From Patescibacteria group bacterium (GTDB lineage Bacteria > Patescibacteriota > Patescibacteriia > UBA2196): DNA of 64,000 bases. This document shows, one piece after another, positions 29,558 to 38,700 of the stretch. The DNA lies in NCBI GenBank assembly GCA_028748975.1, contig JAQTPI010000001.1, positions 354 through 64,353 on the forward strand, written 5' to 3'. Numbering within the stretch: the first letter of the stretch is position 1; each line of letters begins with the position of its first letter. The notes below the pieces were generated by a model, which was given only the letters and a program-made list of their open reading frames with translations, was not told where the DNA came from and searched no databases. Position numbers and translations under genes: made by a program.

Positions 29558-29782
29558 TCATCTTGGTGATCCTTTGGGGTTTGGTTCGGTTGTTAGCAAA
29601 TGATCACAACCACCCTTTCCTTTAATCAAAATACTTTTTCTTTTAGGTAAAAGCAGAAAAAGTTTGGAGTGTTTGTGGCCAAAAGATGTATTTCTGGCTC
29701 GACGTTTTTCTTCAATGGTATTTCTCACACATAATAGAAGAAAAGCAAGAAGCAGGCACAAAATAGCTGCTAACCATTCCAT
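29558..29782 (-). CDS. Small TM-anchored ORFan
   Basis: GGAGG SD; TTGACT-17-TAAACT promoter at 29859-29831. Confidence 0.55.
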   Translation of the reverse strand: MEWLAAILCLLLAFLLLCVRNTIEEKRRARNTSFGHKHSKLFLLLPKRKSILIKGKGGCDHLLTTEPNPKGSPR

Positions 29783-29862
29783 AAGTTCCTCCCTTTTTGT
29801 TGATTTTTAAATGAGTGATTTGTTAAACTAAGTTTAATACTTTAAGGTGCGCCAGTCAAATT

Positions 29863-30510
29863 ATGAGTTACCAATCCTGGCAAAGAATCAATTTAGAAAA
29901 CTTAGACGAAAAGGCGCTTGAAGAAAAATACGCCCAAGGTTTTGTTTTGACACGGATTTTTAAACAAATGGATCAGGTGCGCAGTTTGCGGGTAGTTTTG
30001 GAAAAATTCGTGCCCTCTTCGGAAAATAGGCGGATTTTAAGAAAAGGCGAGGAAATTGAAATGCGGGCGCTAAGTTTGCCAATGCCGATAGAAAATTATG
30101 ATTGGCGGATTCACGCCACTGGCGCGAAATTTTATAGTGAAAAATTCGGCCCTGGGACTTTCAGCGCCAATAAAATCAAGGAATTAATCACCAGCAATAA
30201 ATCAAATTTTAATTGCTTGTTAGTTTTTAGCGACAAAAAAACCAACCAAGATATCGGCTGGTCAATTTGTTTTTTAAGTAAAAATATCTTACACTACGCT
30301 TACCCCTTTTATAATTTGTCATATAATAATTTGGGAATTATCATGATGACCAAAACGATTGAATGGGCGAGTGGACAGGGAATTAATTTTTGCTATCTTG
30401 GTTCAATTTGGGATGAAAAGGCAAAATATAAATTGCAATTTTTTCCAGAAGAATTTTTTGACGGAAAAGAATGGCAAGGTGTAGATAAATTATTTTTTAA
30501 CCTGCCCTGA
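29863..30510 (+). CDS. Arginyl-tRNA-protein transferase (ATE/Bpt C-terminal GNAT-like) homolog
   Basis: Y.QGF..R..RS.RV.L..F..S.E.RR; Y.FY....LG...M...I.WA...G....YLG.....KYK..F. Confidence 0.7.
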   Translation: MSYQSWQRINLENLDEKALEEKYAQGFVLTRIFKQMDQVRSLRVVLEKFVPSSENRRILRKGEEIEMRALSLPMPIENYDWRIHATGAKFYSEKFGPGTFSANKIKELITSNKSNFNCLLVFSDKKTNQDIGWSICFLSKNILHYAYPFYNLSYNNLGIIMMTKTIEWASGQGINFCYLGSIWDEKAKYKLQFFPEEFFDGKEWQGVDKLFFNLP

Positions 30511-30633
30511 GGACTCCGACCTAATGTCGGAGGACGAAGGGCACCCTGCGAACTTGGGCAGATAGTATTTTGTAAATCTTATCTTTCTGCCACGGGATCC
30601 TTCGCCCTCGATTGCTATCGGGGCTCAGGATAG
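30501..30633 (-). repeat. ~130-bp element, inverted partner of 33425-33549
   Basis: Reverse complement shares CTATCCTGAG..CGAAGGATCCCGTGGCA..TCTGCCCA.GTTCGCAG..CCTTCGTC..TCCTCAGG.CAGG. Confidence 0.8.
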
Positions 30634-30645
30634 ATCGTAGTTTGT

Positions 30646-30801
30646 TTACTTATCCGCCTCTACTTTTCTAACTTTAACTTCTTCGCCTTCCACGCCCTCC
30701 ACAGTTAAAGTCATTTGGCAGGCCGGGCATTCAATAAAAGAGCCGGCTTCAGCCGTTTCCACTTCCCAGACATTAGCGCATTCGGGGCAAGTTATTTTCA
30801 T
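30646..30801 (-). CDS. LysW-like zinc-ribbon carrier protein, 51 aa (not in ORF track)
   Basis: MKITCPECANVWEVETAEAGSFIECPACQMTLTVEGVEGEEVKVRKVEADK; LysW-type CPxC..CxxC spacing and acidic composition. Confidence 0.75.
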   Translation of the reverse strand: MKITCPECANVWEVETAEAGSFIECPACQMTLTVEGVEGEEVKVRKVEADK

Positions 30802-30860
30802 ATTTTTTTCTTTCTTTGTTTATTCATCTAATAAAGAATAAACTTTAATTATAATAATTT

Positions 30861-30971
30861 TGTCATTCCGACCGGAGCGACCCCGAGTACTCGGGGGAGC
30901 GAAGTGGAGGAATCCCTTATACTTTCCATTCAAGAAAGTCGAAGGGATCCCTCGACAAGCTCGGGATGACA
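30861..30971. repeat. TGTCAT..ATGACA element with CCCGAGTACTCGGG module
   Basis: Terminal motifs and internal stems visible. Confidence 0.8.
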
Positions 30972-31002
30972 CTGATAATATTGTAATATTTAATAAAGAC
31001 CA

Positions 31003-31977
31003 ATGTCAAATATTTTTTTATCAAAATTTTTGTCAGAGAAATACGGACGTAAAATTTTTATCTGTGACGAGACAAAAAATCCGACTGGTTCGCATAAGGA
31101 CCACTCTTTTGGCGTCTGGCTGGAAAAAATAAAGGAGGAGGGAAATATAAAAGACTCGGTAATTTCGTCTTCCGGCAATGCCGCGGCTTCGGCAGCATAT
31201 TTTGCGCGGCAATTTGGTTTGCTGCTGCATATTTTTGTTTCGGAAAAAATTAGTAAAGAAAAATTGGAGAAAATAAGATTTTTTGCGGATGGCGGCGTCG
31301 GAAATATCCTCCCCTTTCGAAGGGGAGGTCTCCGACAGCAGTCGGAGGGAGGGGTTGTAATTGGAAACAACAACCACCCCGGCTCTCCGCCAGCTGGCGG
31401 ATTCGCCACCCCTCCTTCGAAAGGAGGGGATAGTGACATTGAAATTAAATTAGTGGCGCGGCCAAAATTTGAAGCAGCCAAAGCAGTTAAAGAAAACGAT
31501 TGGTTATTATTGCGCTCGTCCATTAATGATGATGCGCTACTTGGATATGAGTTCTTGGCAAAAGAGCTGGATGTAATTAATCCTAAAACTATTTTTATTC
31601 CCAGTTCTTCTGGTACGCTGGCGGCGGGCTTAGCTAAATTTTTGAAATCAAAACCAGCTTTTCATTTGGTGCAAACGACAAAAGTTAATACTTTGGTTAA
31701 AAATTTTGATCAAGATTTTGTGCCGGAAGAAAAATCTTTGGCCGACGCGATTGTGGATTTAATCGGCCAGCGCCGGCCGCAAGCGGAAGAAATAATCACA
31801 AGTTCCGGTGGTTTTGGTTGGGTAATCAATAATAAAGAAATAGAATCCGCGCGAGCAGAACTAAAAGAAGCCGGGATTGAGTGTTCCTATACTTCGGCGC
31901 TGGGGCTGGCGGGAATGAAGAAAGCGGTGGAGAAAAATTTTGAAGTTAGAGAACCGATTGTTATAATTGTCACTTAG
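31003..31977 (+). CDS. PLP-dependent fold-type II enzyme (threonine synthase/dehydratase family) with ~43-aa repeat insert
   Basis: E.KNPTGSHKD (PLP Lys), SSSGNAAAS.A, P.SSG.L. Confidence 0.85.
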   Translation: MSNIFLSKFLSEKYGRKIFICDETKNPTGSHKDHSFGVWLEKIKEEGNIKDSVISSSGNAAASAAYFARQFGLLLHIFVSEKISKEKLEKIRFFADGGVGNILPFRRGGLRQQSEGGVVIGNNNHPGSPPAGGFATPPSKGGDSDIEIKLVARPKFEAAKAVKENDWLLLRSSINDDALLGYEFLAKELDVINPKTIFIPSSSGTLAAGLAKFLKSKPAFHLVQTTKVNTLVKNFDQDFVPEEKSLADAIVDLIGQRRPQAEEIITSSGGFGWVINNKEIESARAELKEAGIECSYTSALGLAGMKKAVEKNFEVREPIVIIVT

Positions 31978-31983
31978 TAGCAC

Positions 31984-32051
31984 GTCATTCCGAGCGAAGC
32001 GATGGAATCTTGCGACGAGATCCCATCGCCCCTTTGGGGCTCGGGATGACA
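31984..32051. repeat. GTCAT..ATGACA element
   Basis: GTCATTCCGAGCGAAGCGATGGAATCT..AGATCCCATCG..GCTCGGGATGACA. Confidence 0.8.
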
Positions 32052-32059
32052 CTGTAATT

Positions 32060-33412
32060 ATGTCTAATATTCTTTTGCTTTCCACCGACCTGGAAAAATT
32101 CTCCTACCTTATGGAAAAAGGCGGTTTTGGTTTGACGACTTTTGCAGACCAAAAAGAAAAGGCAATACCGGAAAACTGGCCAGTGGATTTTGTGGAATAT
32201 AAAGGGAAAAATTCGACACTGGATATTTTGATGGATGAAAAAATAAAAGAAATAAAAGAAAAAACCGGCGCGCGTTTGGTTTATGTTTTTAAAAATAGTT
32301 TTTTAATAGAAAAAGAACTGGCAAAATTAGATTTTTCACCGCTTAATCCGCCAGCGGAATTAACAGAAAAAATTGAAGGCAAAATTAGTCAGGCTGATTT
32401 TTTTCCGGAAATAAAAGAATTTTTTCCGGAATTTATAATTGCCAAACCTGGCGAAAAAACTTGGGAAGAAATAAAAAAAGAATTAGGCGAAAATTTAATC
32501 GCGCAGTTCAACACCAGTCATTCTGGCGCGGGAACTTTTGAACTTTCGGAAAATTTGTGGCAAGAATGGCAAAAGAAATTTCCGCATCGGCCAATTCGTA
32601 TCAGTAAATTTATTGTCGGTGAAACTTTAACTTTAAATCTGGTAGTTTTGCCAACAGCTATAATTCTGGGCGTGCCAAGCAAGCAACTGACCGGCACGCC
32701 GGGTTTGACTGAACATAAATTCACCACCGTCGGCAATGCCTGGATTACTTTTGACGGAGAAACAAAAAATCAAATGGAAACAATTGCCAAGGGTGTCGGC
32801 GCAATTTTACAAAAGAATAATTTTTTTGGTCCGGCGGGTTTGGATTTGATAGTTGAAAAAATACCCAGCACCGATGTCATCCCCGCGCAGGCGGGGATCC
32901 AGAAAAACGGTTCCTGGATTCCGGGTCAAGCCCGGAATGACAGTAGTGGTGAGCGAAAAACTTATTTGATTGAAATTAACGCGCGCCAGCCGGCCTCTTT
33001 CAATTTGGAAAGTTGGCTCGCGAAATTGGCAAACAGAAAAGGGCTATTTGATTATTTGGTTGATTTTTGGCAGGGGAAAATTTTGCCAGCGGAAATGGAG
33101 CCACTCGCGATTTCGGGCGGACAGATTGTGGTGCGTGCCAAAAGCGACTGGTGTGGTATAATAAAATCGACCCCAAAAACAGGCGTTTATGGCCTGGATA
33201 ATGGCCAACTGGTGTTAGTGACCGAGAGGCTCTTTTTAGCCTCAAAAAACGAGTTTTTAGCCCATTTTTGCCCTATAGGACGGCAATGTTTGCCTGGAGG
33301 CGAGGTTTTTCGGGTGCAGACAGGGAAGAACTTTATTGATTCTAATGGTGGGCTAAGTGAAGAGATTTTGACGATAATTGAGAAATTGAAGAAGGAAATA
33401 ATTTTTTATTAA
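32060..33412 (+). CDS. ATP-grasp domain protein with in-frame repeat insert
   Basis: SHSGAGT loop, ISKFI.G, G..GLD.I..YLIEINAR; start ATG 32060. Confidence 0.8.
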   Translation: MSNILLLSTDLEKFSYLMEKGGFGLTTFADQKEKAIPENWPVDFVEYKGKNSTLDILMDEKIKEIKEKTGARLVYVFKNSFLIEKELAKLDFSPLNPPAELTEKIEGKISQADFFPEIKEFFPEFIIAKPGEKTWEEIKKELGENLIAQFNTSHSGAGTFELSENLWQEWQKKFPHRPIRISKFIVGETLTLNLVVLPTAIILGVPSKQLTGTPGLTEHKFTTVGNAWITFDGETKNQMETIAKGVGAILQKNNFFGPAGLDLIVEKIPSTDVIPAQAGIQKNGSWIPGQARNDSSGERKTYLIEINARQPASFNLESWLAKLANRKGLFDYLVDFWQGKILPAEMEPLAISGGQIVVRAKSDWCGIIKSTPKTGVYGLDNGQLVLVTERLFLASKNEFLAHFCPIGRQCLPGGEVFRVQTGKNFIDSNGGLSEEILTIIEKLKKEIIFY

Positions 33413-33424
33413 CTTGATTGAAGT

Positions 33425-33549
33425 CTATCCTGAGGAGGTCCGACAGCAGTCGGACCGACGAAGGATCCCGTGGCAAGCGGGCAAATCTTGCAAAATAAGT
33501 CTGCCCATGTTCGCAGAGGGTCCTTCGTCGCGTGGCTCCTCAGGACAGG
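33425..33549 (+). repeat. ~125-bp element, inverted partner of 30501-30633
   Basis: See partner; carries CCGACAGCAGTCGG module. Confidence 0.8.
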
Positions 33550-33559
33550 TTTAAAAAAT

Positions 33560-34597
33560 ATGTTGACTCAAATAATTATTTTAATAATCGTCATTGTCGG
33601 CTTCGCGCTGATGTATTTTTTGCTGTCTAAAAAAACCGGTGCGGACGCGGGGCAGGACGAAAAATTGAAAGAAGTGCGCGAGGAGATTGGAAAAATAAAA
33701 GATGAAATGAAAAATAGTTTGGAAAAGAACTTGGATTTTATTCAGAAACAATCATTTAATACTTCACGGATTGTGCAGGATGTCACGAGCAAACTGGAAA
33801 AATTGGAAGCGACCAATAAACAAGTGGTCAGTTTCACCGACCAATTGCAAAACCTGGAAAAAGTTTTGACCAATTCCAAAAATCGCGGCTCCTTGGGCGA
33901 AGCGAATTTGGAATTGATTTTAAGCAACATTTTGCCTCCACAGAATTATGAAATGCAATATCGCTTTAAAGACGGCGAAACCGTGGACGCGGTGATTAAA
34001 ATCAAAAACCACCTTTTGCCGGTGGACGCCAAGTTTTCTTTGGAAAATTATCGCCGGATCTTGGCGGAAACGGATTTGGGCAAAAAAGTGGAACTGGAAA
34101 AAATGTTTAAAAACGATTTGAAAAAAAGAATTGATGAGACCTCCAAATATATCCGGCCGAACGAAGACACCCTGGATTTTGCTTTCATGTTCATTCCGGC
34201 GGAAGGAATTTATTATGATTTGTTAATCAATGAAGTCGGCGCAGTCAAAGTGGACACCGGCGGACTGATTGATTACGCGTTTAAAGAAAAAAAAGTGATT
34301 ATTGTTTCGCCGACGACTTTCGCCGCCTATTTGCAAACGGTTTTGCAGGGTCTGCGCGCACTCCAAATCGAAGAGTCCGCGAAAGAAATTCGGAAGCGCG
34401 TGGAAGAACTCGGCCGGCACATGATTTCGGTTGATTCTTACATGCAAAAACTTGGGAATAATTTGGGCACGGTGGTGAATTCCTATAACGCGACATATAA
34501 AGAATTAGGTAAGGTGGATAAGGATGTAGTTAAGATTACGGAAGGAGAGCGGAAAATAGAGCCATTAACTTTAGAAAAACCACAAATAGAACAATAA
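33560..34597 (+). CDS. rmuC: DNA recombination protein RmuC
   Basis: N-terminal TM plus coiled coil, K.RG..GE..L, PVDAKF, T.DFA.MFIPAEG, VSPTT. Confidence 0.93.
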   Translation: MLTQIIILIIVIVGFALMYFLLSKKTGADAGQDEKLKEVREEIGKIKDEMKNSLEKNLDFIQKQSFNTSRIVQDVTSKLEKLEATNKQVVSFTDQLQNLEKVLTNSKNRGSLGEANLELILSNILPPQNYEMQYRFKDGETVDAVIKIKNHLLPVDAKFSLENYRRILAETDLGKKVELEKMFKNDLKKRIDETSKYIRPNEDTLDFAFMFIPAEGIYYDLLINEVGAVKVDTGGLIDYAFKEKKVIIVSPTTFAAYLQTVLQGLRALQIEESAKEIRKRVEELGRHMISVDSYMQKLGNNLGTVVNSYNATYKELGKVDKDVVKITEGERKIEPLTLEKPQIEQ

Positions 34598-34657
34598 AAA
34601 ATTTATCCGCCGGAGCGTTTAAAGGGCTGTTAGGGAGCGCAGGCGGAGAAATTTTAA

Positions 34658-34744
34658 GTTGATAAAGATGTGGTGAAAATTACGGAAGGTGAAAGAAAAA
34701 TAGAACCGCTGGTACTAGAAAAACCAGTAGTGGGGGAGGAATAA
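34658..34744 (+). pseudogene. Orphan duplicate of the rmuC 3' end
   Basis: Encodes VDKDVVKITEGERKIEPLVLEKPVVGEE* versus VDKDVVKITEGERKIEPLTLEKPQIEQ* in the gene. Confidence 0.9.
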
Positions 34745-34853
34745 AAGTATTAGAAATAATAAAAGTAAAAATAAAAAATCCCGCTTGGTCGAGCCTGGCG
34801 GAATTTTAAATCTGTAGATTTTTGGAAGTTCTTGGCAAAGTGGCCAAGGGTCA

Positions 34854-35153
34854 TTACTCACAACAGATAAAGTCAGAAGCATCCGGCATATCCTCAAATC
34901 GCGTTTCTCCTTTTTCTGTTTTTAAATAAAATTTTATTTTGCCACACGGCCACTTGACTATTCGCGATATGGTATAGGGTCCTTTACCGAGTGATTTCTT
35001 CAAAAAATCAATATGACGCTCGTGGGGGCTGGGGCGTATTTCTACCACATCTCCAATCTTTACCAATTTTTCTTCATCATTTTTGTCTCGTAGCCAAGTC
35101 ATGGCTAACCATAAAAGACCGTAAGTCTTTGTGACTAACGCAAGATCTTCCAT
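34854..35153 (-). CDS. ORFan with own promoter and terminator
   Basis: AAGGAG SD; TTGACA-17-TAAGAT at 35232-35204; hairpin 34773-34807. Confidence 0.6.
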   Translation of the reverse strand: MEDLALVTKTYGLLWLAMTWLRDKNDEEKLVKIGDVVEIRPSPHERHIDFLKKSLGKGPYTISRIVKWPCGKIKFYLKTEKGETRFEDMPDASDFICCE

Positions 35154-35289
35154 AGCACTCTCCTTTATTTGGTTTATGAAACTCACCGATTTTCGATATT
35201 TTTATCTTAGCGCACCTTAATTTTTTTGTCAAGCGGAAATAAAAAATCCCGTTCTGGTATCGACCAGGCGGGATTTATTTTTGACACCT

Positions 35290-35523
35290 TTATTTTCTTG
35301 ATACGATGTGTCGGATGGTGGAAATCAGATAGAAAAGAGGCCAAAAAAGTAATATGCCAATTGCAGCAAAGATAAAGCCGAAAATGCCAGCGCCACCAAT
35401 TGCATCCAGCCAACGTGGATTTCCATAGTAATAACCAATTATAGCCCCGATGATCATTCCAATGATGGTGACCCAAAACAAAATATCACCTTCTTTTTCT
35501 ACTATCCTCCAACTGGGTTCCAT
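35290..35523 (-). CDS. Two-TM ORFan with own promoter and terminator
   Basis: AAGGAG SD; TTGACA-16-TAAAAT at 35591-35564; hairpin 35241-35282. Confidence 0.6.
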   Translation of the reverse strand: MEPSWRIVEKEGDILFWVTIIGMIIGAIIGYYYGNPRWLDAIGGAGIFGFIFAAIGILLFWPLFYLISTIRHIVSRK

Positions 35524-35619
35524 TTTTTTCTCCTTTTTACTTGGTTTGTATTTTTATAGTTTTATTTTACTGCACTGAATTTTTTTGTCAAGCAAGTATT
35601 CTTATGATAAAGTAGAGCT

Positions 35620-35697
35620 ATGGAAAAATCTCTTAATCCACAACAACTGGAAGCTGTGCGGCAGACCGAAGGACCGCTTTTAATTGTGGTCCCGTAA
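35620..35697 (+). pseudogene. Orphan duplicate of the UvrD-like gene 5' end
   Basis: MEKSLNPQQLEAVRQTEGPLLIVVP* versus MNEKLNPQQKIAVEQTEGPLLIVAG. Confidence 0.9.
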
Positions 35698-35732
35698 AAT
35701 TCGCTTCGCTCATCACGGGACGACTTAAATTT

Positions 35733-38700
35733 ATGAATGAAAAATTAAATCCTCAACAAAAAATAGCCGTAGAGCAGACGGAAGGCCCACTACTTATCGT
35801 CGCGGGCGCGGGGACCGGCAAAACCACGGTGATTACGGAAAAAATCGCCTATTTAATTATGGAAAAGAAAATCAAGGCCGACGAAGTTTTGGCCCTGACT
35901 TTCACGGACAAAGCCGCCGGAGAAATGGAAGAACGCGTGGACAAACTTCTGCCCTATGGCTATGTGGATTTGTGGGTGATGACTTTTCATTCTTTTTGCG
36001 AAAGAATTTTGCAAATCCACGGTCTGGACATCGGCCTCGCCAATGATTTCAAACTTTTGAACCAAACCGATCAGTGGCTTTTGGCCCGCGAAAATTTGGA
36101 CAAATTTAATTTGGATTATTATCGACCATTGGGCAACCCCACCAAATTCATTCACGCTTTGATCAAGCATTTTTCCCGCTGTAAAGATGAAGAAATTTGG
36201 CCGGGGGATTATTTGAAGTACGCGGAAAATTTGAAAATAAATTTGGATTCAATGGAGGCGAGCGGGGGAGTGGCATTAAAACATGAAAGCATTAAAACAT
36301 TAAAGCAAGACCCCCTCCCTCCGACTGCTGTCGTAGGACTCCCCCTTATCAAGGGGGAGAGCTTAAAAGCTCCCCTCCTTTATAAGCCTGCCTCGCCAAG
36401 TCAAGGCGGGGATGGGGTTGGGGGAGGTAATAAAGAAATAGATATTTCAGAAATTAGGCGCCTAGAAGAAGTGGCCAACGCCTACCACGTTTATCAAAAT
36501 TTACTGCTGGAATCCGGCAGTTTGGATTTCGGCGATCTAATAAATTATACTTTGAAACTTTTCCGCGAGCGGCCGAATATCTTGAAAAAATATCAGGAAC
36601 AATTCAAATATATTTTGGTGGATGAATTTCAGGACACCAATTTCGCGCAATATGAACTGGTAAAATTATTGTCGGCTGGGCACCAGAATTTGACCGTGGT
36701 CGGCGACGACGACCAGTCAATCTACAAATTCCGCGGCGCCAGCGTTTCCAACATTTTGCAGTTTAAGGAAGATTTTCCAGAGTCCAAAGAAATTTTTTTG
36801 AATCAAAATTATCGCTCCAGCCAGAATATTTTGGATCTGGCGTATAATTTTATTCAATTGAATAATCCGGAGAGGCTGGAGGTGAAACTAAGAAATCAGA
36901 AACTAGAAAACAGAAATCAGGAACTGACCAAAAAATTGATAGCGAATACGAATGAAATGGGGATTATTGAGCATCTACATTTTTCTTCCGAGACAGAGGA
37001 GGTAGCTGGCGTCATTAATAAAATTGTAGAATTATATAACACAGAAAGCCGAGGTAAAGAAAATACACAAGACCTGAAGGACGGAGATTCCCGATTTCCG
37101 ATTTCTGATTTCCGATTACCGTCGTCATGGAACGACTTTGCCATTTTAATCCGCGCCAATAATCAGGCGGAAGTTTTTATCAATGCCTTGCGCGGTGCCG
37201 GCATTCCCTATAATTTTGTGGCGTCAAAGGGCTTGTATTCCAAAGAAATAATTTTGGATATTTTTGCTTACTTGAAACTCTTGGACAATTATCATGAATC
37301 CTTGGCTTTGTGGCGCGTTTTAAACATGCCGATGGTCGGCATCAAAATTGAAGATTTGATGGAAATTACCAATTTTGCCAAACGCAAAGCAATTTCGCTT
37401 TTTGAAACCTGCGCGCAAATTAATTTATTCAATAATATACAGCCAGAAACCAAGCGCAAAGTGGAAAAAATTTTGAAATTAATTTCACTCCACACCAAAT
37501 TGGCCAAAGAAAAATCCATCAAAGCAGTCATTCTTAAATTTTTGGAAGATTTCAATTACAGCCAGTTTTTGCTGGCCAAAAACGATGAGTTGTCTTTTGC
37601 ATTTGTCAATCAGCTCATAAAAAAGATTGATGATTTCCAAAAGTCGTTTGCTGACAAGTCGCTGAAAAATTTCATGCGTTTGATTGAACTGGAAGTGGAA
37701 TCGGGCGAGGCCGGGAGCTTGAGCAAAGAATTGGAAGAAGGGCCGGAAGCGGTGAAAATTATGACCGTGCATTCGGCCAAGGGCTTGGAATTTAAATATG
37801 TTTTTATCGTCAATTTGGTGGATAAAAGATTTCCCTCTCTGGAGCGCTCCGAAACGATTGAAATTCCAGACGCCCTGGTCAAAGAAATTATTCCTTCCGG
37901 CGACATTCACCTGCAGGAAGAACGGCGCTTGTTTTATGTGGCCATGACGCGCGCCAAAACCGGCTTATTTTTCACTTCGGCGGAAAATTATGGCGGCGCG
38001 CGCAAGAAAAAATTGTCGCAGTTTTTGTATGAGACGGGTTTGTCATTAAAACATGAAAACATTAAAACATTAAAGCAAGAAGTAGATAATAAATTAACAA
38101 TTAACAACCAACAATTAGCAATAAACAAGGAACAAAAACCCTTATTACTTATTACTCATTACTCATTACCCGTTACTTTTTCCTTCTCCGCCCTTAAGGC
38201 CTATGAAACCTGTCCCTATCAATATCATCTGGGTTACGTTGTTAAAATCCCCACGCCCGGCCGCCCTAATTTCAGTTTTGGCAAAACCATGCACACCACT
38301 CTCCAAAGATTTTTTTCTTTGGCAAAAGAACGTGATAGTATAAAACAGAGTGATTTATTTGGTAAGCAGAAGTTAGAAGTCGGAAGTCGGGAGTTGGGAG
38401 TTAATTTGCCACCGCTAGAAGAATTATTAAAATTATATAAAGAATCTTGGATTGACGACTGGTATGATGATCAAAAACAAAAAGAAGAATATCGCGCGCG
38501 CGGCGAACAATCGCTTAAAAATTTATATGAACAATTAAAAGAAAATGGCGCGCCGCAAGTTTTCGCCTTGGAAAGAGATTTCAATTTAAAAATTGGCGGT
38601 TATACAATTAAAGGTAGAATTGATCGAGTTGATTTAATAAAAAGGCCAGATTCGCAAAATTCGCAGGAGATTAGCAATAATTCGCAAAACCAAACATCAC

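Noticed and set aside
30646-33412. Canonical LysW-dependent lysine/arginine biosynthesis operon
   Set aside because: The carrier lacks the C-terminal EDWGE Glu, and LysZ, LysY, LysJ and LysK homologs are absent from the window.
34514-34744. Diversity-generating retroelement TR/VR pair
   Set aside because: Mismatches are mostly synonymous and not confined to adenines; no reverse transcriptase in the window.
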